DNA from: an uncultured Thermotogae bacterium
GTDB lineage: Bacteria > Bipolaricaulota > Bipolaricaulia > CAYUCE01
DNA: 64,000 bases
Direction: 5' to 3'
NCBI GenBank assembly: GCA_964443275.1
Contig: CAYUCE010000002.1
Coordinates: 358-64,357 of the forward strand
Shown here: positions 1 to 9,651 of the stretch, one piece after another
Layout of the letters: each line of letters starts with the position of its first letter
Position numbering within the stretch: the stretch's first letter is position 1
Notes under the pieces: model-generated
Databases searched by the model: none
The model's input: the letters and a program-made list of their open reading frames with translations, nothing else
What the model was told of the DNA's origin: nothing
Position numbers and translations under genes: made by a program

Positions 1-1003
1 CTGTAAAATCGTCCGTCTCCCCCGGTTGGGTCATTAAATTGCACACGTAGAACTTTAAAGCTTTTGCTTTTTCTATTAGTTGGGGGACCGAGTCAACCAA
101 GAGGTTGGATATCAAGCTGGTAAACAAGCTACCCGGGCCTAAGACAATGATATCTGCCTTGTTAATCTCTTCAACCACTTTTTGATAGGGCCTCACTTTA
201 TCTTGGGATAGATAAATCTTTTTTATCCGGCCCGGTTTTTCGGCCAGTTTAGCTTCCCCCACCACCTTGGCACCGCTTTCTAATTCGCCCACTAAATCCA
301 CGTTCTCCAAAGTGGCCGGCAGTACCTGACCCTGTATATTTAAGATGTGGCTGGTTTCCTCAATGGCGGTGTCAAAGCTTCCGGTAAGCTCCTGCATCCC
401 GGCGATAAAAAGATTGCCCAGGGAGTGATTTTTTACCCTTCCGTTTTTGAACCTATATGAGAAAATTTTGGAAATTCTCGATTCATCTTCGGCCAGCGCT
501 ATCAGGCAGTTTCTGATATCTCCCGGGGGGAGCATTTCCAGCTCTTCCCGTAAGATCCCCGAACTTCCTCCCGAATCCATGACCGTTACCACTGCGGTGA
601 TATTGGAGGTATATTTTTTCAGTCCCCGCAGGGATTGTGAAAGCCCGGTCCCGCCGCCTATAGCTACAATACGGGGGCCGCGAGATAAGCGCCTTTTGGC
701 ATACAGCACCTCTGAGGCCCGGCCTTCGTGATCAGGGGAGATACCCCGAACCAAAGAGTGGACAACCTGTTTTATCCCTACCCCAAGTCCGATAACCCCG
801 AGTAGCAAAAGTATAAAGCTAAGCAAATAAGAAATGAATTGGTTGGGGGCAAGATGGGCGTACAAAAATCTTACTATGTCCTGTCCTACCAAGACGAGAA
901 TACCCAAGACTATAAGTAGGGCGGATAAGGCAGCCAAAACACCCCAGCGCTTGATCTTCATTCCGGGATAAAGCCATTTTAGAGCTCGTTTAAACTTTTC
1001 CAT
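1..1003 (-). CDS. YvcK/CofD-like gluconeogenesis factor family protein (UPF0052) with two N-terminal TM helices. The C-terminus runs off the window edge.
   Basis: Minus-strand translation from the ATG at 1001-1003 gives MEKFKRALKWLYPGMKIKRWGVLAAL..., then IVAIGGGTGLSQSLRGLKKYT and VLGPGSLFTSLISNLLVDSVPQLIEKAKALKFYVCNLMTQPGETD. These are typical YvcK/CofD-fold motifs. The +strand ORF 447..731 lies antisense inside this gene. Confidence 0.6.
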   Translation of the reverse strand, partial: MEKFKRALKWLYPGMKIKRWGVLAALSALLIVLGILVLVGQDIVRFLYAHLAPNQFISYLLSFILLLLGVIGLGVGIKQVVHSLVRGISPDHEGRASEVLYAKRRLSRGPRIVAIGGGTGLSQSLRGLKKYTSNITAVVTVMDSGGSSGILREELEMLPPGDIRNCLIALAEDESRISKIFSYRFKNGRVKNHSLGNLFIAGMQELTGSFDTAIEETSHILNIQGQVLPATLENVDLVGELESGAKVVGEAKLAEKPGRIKKIYLSQDKVRPYQKVVEEINKADIIVLGPGSLFTSLISNLLVDSVPQLIEKAKALKFYVCNLMTQPGETDDFT

Positions 1004-1028
1004 CTAGCTTAGCACCTACCTTGGTAAG

Positions 1029-4000
1029 CTAAATTTGCTTACGCTTTATACTGATTTTCCCGTCCCCTATAAGCCCGTACAGTTTGTCTATATCTTGAGA
1101 TCTTATCTTAAAACTCTCTCCTAATTCTATTACTTCTTTTCTCCCCCCCTCCCGGAGGTGTATATAGATAGGGTGCTGACCGGAACCGCTATTTAGTACT
1201 CCTTTTAACTCTTCTAGGAATCTTTTAGTTAACTCTTCGCAATTTAAGGTGAGGTTAACCTCCAGCCGCATCCTTTTTTCAACTTCATCCAGCCCGAATA
1301 TTTCTTCAGTTATAACCTGTAATTTCCCGTTTCGCTTTTCCGTCCTGCCTTCTAAAAAAATCAATTTATCCTCTTCTAACCAGGCTCGGGATTTTTCAAA
1401 CGAATTGGGAAATACGATCACTTCAAGCTGGTGGGTCAAATCCTCCAAAGTGAGAAAGGCCATCAGCTTGTCATTGCGGGTATTTATCACCTTAACTTGA
1501 TCTACTCTGCCTCCCAGATATAACTTTTGGCCTTCCCGGTTTTGGGAGACCTCCTTTAAACTGCAGGAACCGTAAAGAGATAGGATGTCCTTGTATTCGA
1601 GGAGGGGATGGCCGGATACATAAAGGCCCAAAAGCTCCTTTTCAAATTTGAGGAGCTTGCTTTCTGAAAATTCTTCTTGTAGGTCCTCTTCTTGGGTGGT
1701 TTGGCCCATCATTTCCTCTTTATTGGAGAAAAAAGAGCGCTGTCCGCTTCTCCTTTCCTCTTTTGCCAACTGCCCCAACGCAAGCCCTTTGTCTAACTCG
1801 GCTAAAAGGGCCTTTCTGGTGGCAAACTGATCGAATGCCCCCGTCTTGATCAGGCTTATAATTACCTCTCGGTTCACCTTTTCTACGTCAACCCGACGGC
1901 AAAAATCATAAAAGTTTTCAAACTTTCCGCCCTGGGATCTTTTTTTCAAGATGGATTGCACCGCACTCCTGCCCACATGTTTAATGGCGAACAGACCAAA
2001 CCTAATTTGATCTCCATGGGGAGTGAAGTCGACATCGGATTGGTTTATGTCCGGAGGAAGAACGTCTAACCCTAGGTCTTTACATTCCTGTATATATTCT
2101 GCCACCTTGTCATTATTTCCGCTTACCGAGGTAAGAAGGGAAGCCATATAAAAGGCGGGCCAGTTGGCTTTAAGATATGCAGTCCAATAAGAAATTAGTG
2201 CGTAAGCAGTGGAGTGGGATTTGTTGAAACCGTAGCGGGCAAATTTTTCCATATTGGCAAAAAGTCCCTCTGCCTTGGCTTCATCTATTCCATTATCTAC
2301 ACACCCTTTGGTAAACTCCTTTTTCATCTTAAGTAAAAGCCGCCTGTTTTTCTTACCGATGGCTTTGCGCAAAACATCGGCTTCCTCTAGGCTAAAACCG
2401 GCTAAAACCCGGGCCATCTGCATCAATTGCTCTTGATAGATGGGAAGGCCATATGTATCCTCCAGGACCTCTTGTAGTTCCGGATGTGGGTACTGGATCT
2501 CTTTGTTCCCTTTTTTTCTGGCTATATAATCATCTGCCATCCCGCTTTCCAGCGGCCCCGGCCGGTAAAGGGCCAACAGAGCTATGATATCTTCGAAGTC
2601 AGTGGGCTGCATGCGCTTGACTAAGTTCTTCATCCCTGAGCTTTCCAGTTGAAAGACACCTTTGGTCTTGCCATCTTTTAGAAGTTGGTAGGTCTTAGGA
2701 TCGGTAAGGGATAGCTCATCTAGGTCTATTTGATCTGCGGTGACTTCTTCAATTTTCTTTACCGTTTCATCGATTACGGTTAGATTTCTAAGCCCCAAGA
2801 AGTCCATTTTAAGAAGCCCCACCGATTCCAGTTCGTCCATGGCAAATTGGGTGAGGATTTCTCCGCTGGAAAGTCTCTGTAGAGGTACGTATTGGGTGAG
2901 CTTGTCCGGGGCGATAACCACTCCCGCTGCATGGGTAGATACGTTTCTAGCCAGCCCTTCCAGCCGTTTGGATATATCTATCAGCTTCTTTATATCTTCA
3001 GATTCCTCATACATCTTCTTTAACTGTCTTACTTTGGAGAGGGCTGCTTGTATGGAGGAACCGAAGGGGATCAACTTGGCTATCTTATCTCCGGTGGAGT
3101 AAGGTTTTCCCATTACCCGGGCGACGTCCCGCACTGCGCTCTTGGCGGCCAGCCGATCAAAGGTGGCTATTTGGGATACCTTTTCCTGACCATATTTGTC
3201 CTTTACGTAATCGATAACTTGGTCTCTTCTCTTCACGCAAAAATCGATATCTATATCCGGGGGGCTGACTCGGGATTTGGATAAAAACCTCTCAAATATG
3301 AGCCCGTATTTAAGCGGGTCCACATCGGTTATACCCAAACAGTAAGATACTAAGCTGCCCACTACCGAGCCTCTGCCCGGGCCTACCGGAATGTGGTTTT
3401 TTTTGGCAAATTGAATGAAATCTCTTACGATCAAAAAGTAAGTCTCATAGCCTATTTCCTTGATAACTGAAAGTTCGTGCTTAAGCCTTTCTTTTACTTC
3501 TGTAGGTAAGTCAGCTTGGTAACGTTCTTTAGCTTTCTTAAAAGTTAAATCTCGTAAGTAAGCCCCCGGATCGTGATAATCGGAAGGAAGCGAGAAGGCG
3601 GGCAGTAAGGTGCGGTCAAATTCCAGATTTACTTCGCAGCGGTCAGCTATCTCCAACGTCCTCTGTAGAGCCTCTTTTTGATTTGGAAAGGCTTCTTCCA
3701 TCTCTTGTGGTGATTTTAAAAAGTATTCCTCACCTTCGTATATCCTTCGGGTGGGATCATCCAGAGTTTTGTTGGTCTGTATATTAAGAAGCACTTCGTG
3801 GGCCAGTTTGTCCTCCCGATCCAGATAGTGTACATCGTTGGTTACTACGGTGGGAATGGATTCTCGTTGGGAGATTTTTTCTAGTTTTTTATTTATAGTT
3901 TGTTGTGCGTCTAAACCGTGGTTTTGTAGTTCCAAAAAGAGATTATTTTGACCGAAGATATCTTGTAACTTGTGAACCGCGGCCCCCGCTTCTTCCATTC

Positions 4001-4451
4001 TTTCTTGTTCAATTAGGGAGGGTACTTCTCCACGCATGCACCCGGTTAGGGCAATTAAACCCTGGTGGTATTCGCGCAGCAGTTCGTCGTCTACCCGCGG
4101 TTTATAATAAAAACCCTCAGTAAAACCCCGGCTGGTAAGTTCGATGAGGTTGCGGTAGCCCTGATTGTTTTCGGCCAGTACCACTAAATGATAGTATTTG
4201 GCGTTGCTTTTAGCTCCTTTTTTCTCAAAGCGACTTCCGGGGGCTACATATAGCTCGGCCCCTATTATGGGTTTTATGCCCGCCTTCTTGGATTTTTGAT
4301 AAAACTCTACAGCCCCTCTTATGGCTCCGTGGTCGGTCAAGGCCAGGGCTTGCATCCCTAACTGTTTAGTTTTATTTAAGAGATCATCAATCTTGCAGGC
4401 TGCATCCAGCAGGCTATATTCCGAATGAGTATGTAGGTGAACAAAGTCCAT
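1029..4451 (-). CDS. dnaE: DNA polymerase III alpha subunit
   Basis: 1140 aa. N-terminal PHP domain (MDFVHLHTHSEYSLLDAACKIDDL) followed by polymerase core, fingers and OB-fold segments. Confidence 0.95.
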   Translation of the reverse strand: MDFVHLHTHSEYSLLDAACKIDDLLNKTKQLGMQALALTDHGAIRGAVEFYQKSKKAGIKPIIGAELYVAPGSRFEKKGAKSNAKYYHLVVLAENNQGYRNLIELTSRGFTEGFYYKPRVDDELLREYHQGLIALTGCMRGEVPSLIEQERMEEAGAAVHKLQDIFGQNNLFLELQNHGLDAQQTINKKLEKISQRESIPTVVTNDVHYLDREDKLAHEVLLNIQTNKTLDDPTRRIYEGEEYFLKSPQEMEEAFPNQKEALQRTLEIADRCEVNLEFDRTLLPAFSLPSDYHDPGAYLRDLTFKKAKERYQADLPTEVKERLKHELSVIKEIGYETYFLIVRDFIQFAKKNHIPVGPGRGSVVGSLVSYCLGITDVDPLKYGLIFERFLSKSRVSPPDIDIDFCVKRRDQVIDYVKDKYGQEKVSQIATFDRLAAKSAVRDVARVMGKPYSTGDKIAKLIPFGSSIQAALSKVRQLKKMYEESEDIKKLIDISKRLEGLARNVSTHAAGVVIAPDKLTQYVPLQRLSSGEILTQFAMDELESVGLLKMDFLGLRNLTVIDETVKKIEEVTADQIDLDELSLTDPKTYQLLKDGKTKGVFQLESSGMKNLVKRMQPTDFEDIIALLALYRPGPLESGMADDYIARKKGNKEIQYPHPELQEVLEDTYGLPIYQEQLMQMARVLAGFSLEEADVLRKAIGKKNRRLLLKMKKEFTKGCVDNGIDEAKAEGLFANMEKFARYGFNKSHSTAYALISYWTAYLKANWPAFYMASLLTSVSGNNDKVAEYIQECKDLGLDVLPPDINQSDVDFTPHGDQIRFGLFAIKHVGRSAVQSILKKRSQGGKFENFYDFCRRVDVEKVNREVIISLIKTGAFDQFATRKALLAELDKGLALGQLAKEERRSGQRSFFSNKEEMMGQTTQEEDLQEEFSESKLLKFEKELLGLYVSGHPLLEYKDILSLYGSCSLKEVSQNREGQKLYLGGRVDQVKVINTRNDKLMAFLTLEDLTHQLEVIVFPNSFEKSRAWLEEDKLIFLEGRTEKRNGKLQVITEEIFGLDEVEKRMRLEVNLTLNCEELTKRFLEELKGVLNSGSGQHPIYIHLREGGRKEVIELGESFKIRSQDIDKLYGLIGDGKISIKRKQI

Positions 4452-4460
4452 GGTTTTTTG

Positions 4461-4778
4461 TTAAGGACCTATAATTATATATTTTTCTTCTCCCGGTTTG
4501 ATTAACCCCAATTCCTTTCTGGCTAAATATTCTATGTATTCCAAATCGTCCTTTTTGCCCAAAAGCTCTCGTAGCTCCTCACTTTCGGTAAGTAATTTAG
4601 CCCGTTTGATTAATTGGTCATCTATTGCTGATTTAATGGAAGATATATGCCTGGACCTAAGATAGAAAACGGAACTGACCAATAAGATTATTAAAATAAG
4701 GACGGATACAAAGGTGATTCTGGCCGTTCTTTTCGCCCGTTCTCTTCGCCTCAGGGTACTTTTCTTTACTGCTCCCAT
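4461..4778 (-). CDS. FtsB/DivIC-like septum formation initiator (small bitopic coiled-coil protein)
   Basis: 105 aa with a basic N-terminus, one TM helix, a coiled-coil region and the C-terminal ARKELGLIKPGE motif typical of FtsB/DivIC. Confidence 0.5.
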   Translation of the reverse strand: MGAVKKSTLRRRERAKRTARITFVSVLILIILLVSSVFYLRSRHISSIKSAIDDQLIKRAKLLTESEELRELLGKKDDLEYIEYLARKELGLIKPGEEKYIIIGP

Positions 4779-4867
4779 TTGATGAGTTTTTAAAGAGGTG
4801 GTTTACCTCAAGTTGGCTTGCGGATTTTACCTATCCCAGCGGGCAAGCCCTGTGGAATAGGTTCAAT

Positions 4868-6166
4868 TTAGGCTTTCATATTATTCCACGGGGCAAGCTC
4901 TAAGTCAAATTCATTTTCTATTCGTAGAAGTTGATTGTATTTGGCTACCCTCTCCGACCGGGAAACAGAACCAGTTTTGATCTGACCGGACCCCACACCT
5001 ACCGCTAGATCGGCAATGGTAGTATCTTCGGTTTCACCCGATCGGTGTGAAATTACGTTGGTGTAGCCGGCTTTTTTTACCATGTTTATAGCCTCAAGGG
5101 TCTCGGTTAAGGTCCCGATTTGGTTGGGCTTTATCAAAACTGAGTTGGCTACCTTTTTCTCTATTCCTTTCTTGATTAGGCGGGTGTTAGTTACGAAAAT
5201 GTCATCTCCCACTAACTGGGTCTTTTCGCCTAATTCTTTAGTCATAAGCTGCCAGCCGTCCCAATCGTCTTGGTCCAACCCGTCTTCGATGGAGATTATC
5301 GGATAATCACCAATCCAGCCCTCGTACAACTGGATAAGTTCCTCGGAGTTAAATGATTTTCCTTCTCCTTTAAAATCATATTGTCCATCGTTTAGAAGCT
5401 CGGATGCCGCCACATCCAGGGCTAGCGATACGTCCTTGCCCGGAGTGTAGTCGCTTTGGCTTATACTGTCTAAAATTAGCTCTATGGCTTCTCGGTTGTT
5501 TTTAAGATCGGGGGCAAATCCTCCCTCATCACCTACGGCAGTAGATAAACCCTTGCTGGCAAGTATCCCTTTCAAAGAATGAAAGACTTCAGAGCAAATT
5601 CGGACGGCTTGTTTGAAGTTGCTTGCTCCTATGGGTACGATCATAAATTCCTGTACGTCCAAGTTGTTGTCGGCGTGAGCTCCTCCATTTAGGATATTTA
5701 CCAGTGGAATGGGAAGATTAGCTCTTTGGACTCCGGCAATATATTTAAATAAGGGTAAATTTAGGCTGGAAGCGGCGGCTTTAGCCACTGCCAGAGAGAC
5801 TCCCAGTAAGGCATTGGCCCCCAAATTGCTTTTGTTTTCGGTTGAGTCCAGTTGGATTAGCTTTTGGTCTATTTCTTCCTGCCACAGGCAGGACATACCT
5901 TCTATACCGGCGGCTATTTTTTCATTGACGTTCTTTACCGCTTTTTTTACCCCTTTGCCGTGAAATCTCTGATCTTTGTCTCGTAATTCTAGTGCTTCTA
6001 ACCTGCCGGTGGAGGCCCCGGAAGGTACGGAAGCCCGGCCCCAAAAGCCATCTTCGGTAATAACTTCCACTTCCACGGTGGGATTCCCTCTGGAATCAAG
6101 GATTTCCAGGCCTCTAACTTCAGCTATGATCAATTTTGCACTCACCTCTCCTTTTCCTTTCACCAC
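4868..6166 (-). CDS. eno: Enolase (phosphopyruvate hydratase)
   Basis: Contains [15 protein letters not shown] and SHRSGETED motifs. The true start is probably the in-frame TTG at about 6133 ([21 protein letters not shown]). A GGAGAGG Shine-Dalgarno sits about 11 nt upstream of that TTG. Confidence 0.95.
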   Translation of the reverse strand: MVKGKGEVSAKLIIAEVRGLEILDSRGNPTVEVEVITEDGFWGRASVPSGASTGRLEALELRDKDQRFHGKGVKKAVKNVNEKIAAGIEGMSCLWQEEIDQKLIQLDSTENKSNLGANALLGVSLAVAKAAASSLNLPLFKYIAGVQRANLPIPLVNILNGGAHADNNLDVQEFMIVPIGASNFKQAVRICSEVFHSLKGILASKGLSTAVGDEGGFAPDLKNNREAIELILDSISQSDYTPGKDVSLALDVAASELLNDGQYDFKGEGKSFNSEELIQLYEGWIGDYPIISIEDGLDQDDWDGWQLMTKELGEKTQLVGDDIFVTNTRLIKKGIEKKVANSVLIKPNQIGTLTETLEAINMVKKAGYTNVISHRSGETEDTTIADLAVGVGSGQIKTGSVSRSERVAKYNQLLRIENEFDLELAPWNNMKA

Positions 6167-6244
6167 TTTTGCAACAAAATTATACGGGCCTCAACTCGCT
6201 AAATCAAACCCCCAGGTAAATTTAATAGGGGACTTTTGTGGGTG

Positions 6245-6781
6245 TTAAAGGCTGGCTACATATTTTTTTCTTACCCGGTTAAAAAAATTTATGTATTCTT
6301 CAGATTTGTAATCCGGATAGGTCCAGGGGAAAGGTACGAAACTATCCCCTTCGAATTTTAAAGTTACTTCCCCGTAGATTCCGCTTTTTAAATAAATGCG
6401 GTGGGAGTAATTTTTGGTAGTGGCCAGTACCAATTTAGCAGGAGCCAGATAACCGGGATCGATGTTAACGGGCCTGGCCACCGGGGGACTTGTTTTTTCA
6501 CGAAAAGATTCCTCCAACTGATTAGTAAAAATCTTTATACTGGGCAGCCGGTCGGGATTTATTAACTCCCGGAAGGCTAAAAACTGCCTCATAAGATTTT
6601 GGCCCATAGTGGATTGGTAATAATCGGTCCAATGGAAGGAAAAGATATCGCTCATTTGATCCACTGGGCCAAATTCTTTTACCAACGAATCCTTAGCTTC
6701 CGAAAGCCAGTTTTTGCGGCCGGCTATCAAACCACTTATTAGCTTCACCGGCGGGGGTTTGCTGATTTTACCCATCTGCAA
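6245..6781 (-). CDS. Hypothetical protein, possibly DUF4416-like
   Basis: 178 aa soluble protein with no catalytic motif recognised. The family assignment is from memory only. Confidence 0.3.
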   Translation of the reverse strand: MQMGKISKPPPVKLISGLIAGRKNWLSEAKDSLVKEFGPVDQMSDIFSFHWTDYYQSTMGQNLMRQFLAFRELINPDRLPSIKIFTNQLEESFREKTSPPVARPVNIDPGYLAPAKLVLATTKNYSHRIYLKSGIYGEVTLKFEGDSFVPFPWTYPDYKSEEYINFFNRVRKKYVASL

Positions 6782-6984
6782 CTTTCCTTTTAGGGGTTAT
6801 ATTTTACATTCAAGGTTATAGTAGGTTATCCACACCGGGTCAATGCAACTAATTTGAATAATAAGACAGGGGGTTACCATAACCAATTACTGGCTGTGAA
6901 TTCACAATTTTTTAGTAATGGCGTAATGGCCGTTACTATTATCACTTTGAACCGGTTATTTAAACTATATAATATTAAGTTGCC

Positions 6985-7755
6985 ATGGCCGATAAGAACC
7001 AAAAGCTTTTGCATTCCCTATCCGAGCTGGACAAAGACAGCCAGAGGGCCAGAAAGATAGAAGAGAAGTTGGTGGAGAAAAATATTGGCCTGGTAAAGTC
7101 TATAGCCAAGGATTATCTTCATTCGGGGGAGGAATTTGATGATCTGGTGCAGGCGGGTTATATCGGCCTGCTTAACGCCATTCATAACTACGATTTTAGC
7201 AAAGGGGCTAAGTTTTCCACCTACGCCACTCATCTCATAAAGGGGGAAATACGCCACTACATCCGTGACAAGCACGGGGAAATCCGTCTGCCAGCTTGGA
7301 TTCAGGAGCTAAACTATAAGGTGAGAAAAGCAGAAGAAGACTTCTTTCACCAGGAAGGTAGGTTACCCACTCTGGCCGAGCTGGCAGATCAACTTGATAT
7401 GGAAGAGGAAGGGGTCAAAGAAATCCTTAAAGCTAGAAAGAGTATGCAATATGTCTCCATTGACCAAGAAAGAAGGAAGCAAGACCCCCGCCCTACATTG
7501 GATTTGAGTAAGATCAAAGGGAAGGAAGAGAAGGGAGATATTCCACTGGAGATAAAGGTAAAGATAGCCGAGGCCATAGAGAAGCTGTCTCAGGTACAGC
7601 AGGAGATAATTAGGGGCCTTTTTTATGAGGAGAAAACTCAAGCCGAGATGGGAGAAAGGGTAGGTTATTCCCAAAGACATATCTCCCGCCTAAAGGATAA
7701 GGCCCTGGATGAGATTAAGAAAGATCTTAATGAAAAAAAGGAAGACAAAGGCTAA
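6985..7755 (+). CDS. RNA polymerase sigma factor, sigma-70 family group 3 (SigB/SigF/FliA-like)
   Basis: Region 2 is DLVQAGYIGLLNAIHNYDF...FSTYATHLIKGEIRHYIRD. The region 4 HTH is QAEMGERVGYSQRHISRLKDKAL. Length is 256 aa. Confidence 0.8.
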   Translation: MADKNQKLLHSLSELDKDSQRARKIEEKLVEKNIGLVKSIAKDYLHSGEEFDDLVQAGYIGLLNAIHNYDFSKGAKFSTYATHLIKGEIRHYIRDKHGEIRLPAWIQELNYKVRKAEEDFFHQEGRLPTLAELADQLDMEEEGVKEILKARKSMQYVSIDQERRKQDPRPTLDLSKIKGKEEKGDIPLEIKVKIAEAIEKLSQVQQEIIRGLFYEEKTQAEMGERVGYSQRHISRLKDKALDEIKKDLNEKKEDKG

Positions 7756-7825
7756 AAAGAGCATGTCTAAAAGTCTTTTAAATATAGAATAATAGGTTTA
7801 AAGGAGCAAGATGTGTAAGTAGATT

Positions 7826-8122
7826 ATGCCTAACGGAAAAGTGCAAGACTGTATAAATCTAGCTTTGACCATAAATCAAGTAATAGATTATCTGGGGAGG
7901 GTAGTATATTGCCTGCACGAGGGGCAGAAAAACAAAGCCGTGCATAATTTGGATGCGGCGGCTTCCCAGGTTAAAAAGCTCATTGGGCAGATTGGAGCAC
8001 CAAAAGGTGAAGTGGCGGCGATTTTAGACCATAAAAGTTCTCAATCAATTTCGGAAAATCTGGAATCAGTCAATCAACTAATTACCGAGATCAAGGAGGT
8101 TTGGGGTACAGACGAGGAGTAG
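7826..8122 (+). CDS. Hypothetical protein
   Basis: 98-aa ORF directly downstream of the sigma factor gene. No recognisable motif. Confidence 0.3.
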   Translation: MPNGKVQDCINLALTINQVIDYLGRVVYCLHEGQKNKAVHNLDAAASQVKKLIGQIGAPKGEVAAILDHKSSQSISENLESVNQLITEIKEVWGTDEE

Positions 8123-8410
8123 AAAGCAAAATGTTCTGAAAAGGTGGTTCAGTAACTTCCTGACTAACCTCATAACTGCAGCGGAGTGAATAGTTGCTTA
8201 AATTTGTAGCAGATGATTTTTTGAAATCCTTGTATGTTTGGGGCAAGACTTTTTGGCCTGAGTTGTCATTTCCACTCCCGGTCTCTTCCAAGAAATCCTC
8301 CTTTCCAGAGCCTTTTTATATGTCCTTTCTATATTTTCATCGGACTCAATTTCCCGGTTTTTGTTTCCTGAAGCTGGTATTTCATTTGCATCGGAAACAA
8401 AAAAGCTAGT
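8091..8410 (-). pseudogene. Decayed fragment of an msrAB paralog (linker plus start of MsrB domain), frameshifted
   Basis: Nucleotides 8287-8322 match 10151-10187 inside msrAB at about 85 percent identity. After restoring a 1-nt deletion the fragment reads YKKGSGKEDFLEET...LRCSYEVSQEVTEPPFQN. The intact gene reads [16 protein letters not shown]...[17 protein letters not shown]. Upstream of the fragment reads ...PAS...YKK, against intact [22 protein letters not shown]. Confidence 0.55.
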
Positions 8411-8573
8411 GTGGGAGGCAAATCCTACACAGAGTAGAATTATGTTTATAGACAGGGCTTTCTCTATTTAATACACTCCTAATTTTTTAAGTTTTGATAT
8501 AAACTTCTGCATCACTTTTTATAGCGAACCTTTGTTAAAGATACTATCCTGTCGACTGATCTTCCTAAAAGAT

Positions 8574-9077
8574 TTACTCATCCCTTGGAAACCAAGGGAT
8601 AAATTTATTGGTCTTTTGGGCATATTGCTGGTATTTTTGGTTATCCTTATATCTTTTCTCAAGAAGTGGGACTCCGGAAACTTTTAGAAGTAAATAATCA
8701 ATAATAATGGGGCTGAAAACCGCCGCCCATCCATACCGAGTGGACAAAACGATAAGAAAGATTCCCCACCACAATAAGGCTTCTCCAAAATAATTTGGAT
8801 GCCGAGAATATCTCCATAATCCCTTTCTCATTATGTCCCCTTTGGACTTTTTTTCATGCTTTATAAACTGGCTTAGTTGATAGTCACCCACAACCTCAAA
8901 GAAAAAGCCCACGAGCCAAATAGCTAGCCCCATGATATCTACTATATTGAACCCCACTTTTGGATAAACGTTTACCAGAATTAAAGGGTAGGCGATAAGT
9001 AAGAGCAGAAAACCTTGCAACATAAATATATTGGTGAAGCTTTTGATCCAGGCAAGACTTCCCCATTTTTCTCTCAT
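8574..9077 (-). CDS. Membrane methyltransferase family protein (isoprenylcysteine carboxyl methyltransferase / DUF1295-like)
   Basis: Contains the RHPNYFGEALLWWG motif in a polytopic membrane protein of 167 aa. Confidence 0.55.
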   Translation of the reverse strand: MREKWGSLAWIKSFTNIFMLQGFLLLLIAYPLILVNVYPKVGFNIVDIMGLAIWLVGFFFEVVGDYQLSQFIKHEKKSKGDIMRKGLWRYSRHPNYFGEALLWWGIFLIVLSTRYGWAAVFSPIIIDYLLLKVSGVPLLEKRYKDNQKYQQYAQKTNKFIPWFPRDE

Positions 9078-9124
9078 CTTTTGATATCTGAAGTCCTCTG
9101 GCTTTTGTTTTAAGTCTTCTGACG

Positions 9125-9415
9125 GTGTCCGCTAATGCTCAGTGTGGATATGGGACTTCATGTCCTGACTGCTGTGCCTATTTAGGCACAGATAAGGATA
9201 GCTATCAAGTGGGCGAGGAAGTTACTTTAATTTTCTCTAATCCATCCAATTTCGACTTTGTGATTGAGAGGGTCTATATCCAGCGGCAGTATTCTCGCTC
9301 CTGGCTATTTTCCAAGGGAGACGTAGTTTATAGCTACGAGTTTCCTGAAACCGTTATCCCTAGCGTTGAATGGACATGGAAGTGGGATCAGAAGGATAAT
9401 TATAGCAAATCTTAA
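9125..9415 (+). CDS. Small hypothetical protein with Cys-rich N-terminus
   Basis: 96-aa ORF starting at GTG, with CGYGTSCPDCC. No homology recognised. It may be non-coding. Confidence 0.2.
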   Translation: MSANAQCGYGTSCPDCCAYLGTDKDSYQVGEEVTLIFSNPSNFDFVIERVYIQRQYSRSWLFSKGDVVYSYEFPETVIPSVEWTWKWDQKDNYSKS

Positions 9416-9651
9416 TTTAGGTTAAGCTAAACAAATCTCACCATCGGGAAATCTCTACTTCAACTGAGTTCTTGGTTATGGGAAGCTATATGGATAACCT
9501 GCTGAGGATAGGGTATATCGATACCGTTTTCATCAAATTCTTTCTTGATTGATTTCCATGGCTATTTACGTACCTATCAGGGTCAAGTTTAGATAATTTG
9601 ATCATCTTGTAAATCCACCTATAAATTTAGAGCTCTTTTATACCTCATTTA

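Noticed and set aside
447-731. +strand ORF of 94 aa
   Set aside because: It lies entirely antisense within the YvcK-like gene, which has clear conserved motifs on the minus strand, and its composition is low-complexity.
1249-4123. Several +strand ORFs of 60-120 aa inside dnaE
   Set aside because: They are antisense to a 1140-aa conserved gene and are Ser/Leu-rich, which is typical of spurious frames.
4779-4867. Short inverted repeats around the eno stop and downstream (GGCTTGC/GCAAGCC; TGGAATA/TATTCCA)
   Set aside because: The stems are only 7-8 bp with loops above 20 nt and no U-tract, so this is a weak terminator candidate at best.
8488-8501. 14-mer aagttttgatataa shared with 34226-34239
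   Set aside because: About 15 chance 14-mer matches are expected in an AT-biased 64-kb window on both strands. The surrounding sequence is not similar.
8515-8525. 11-mer tttatagcgaa shared with 10840-10850 near the msrAB copies
   Set aside because: It is not collinear with the msrAB duplication and is too short to be significant.
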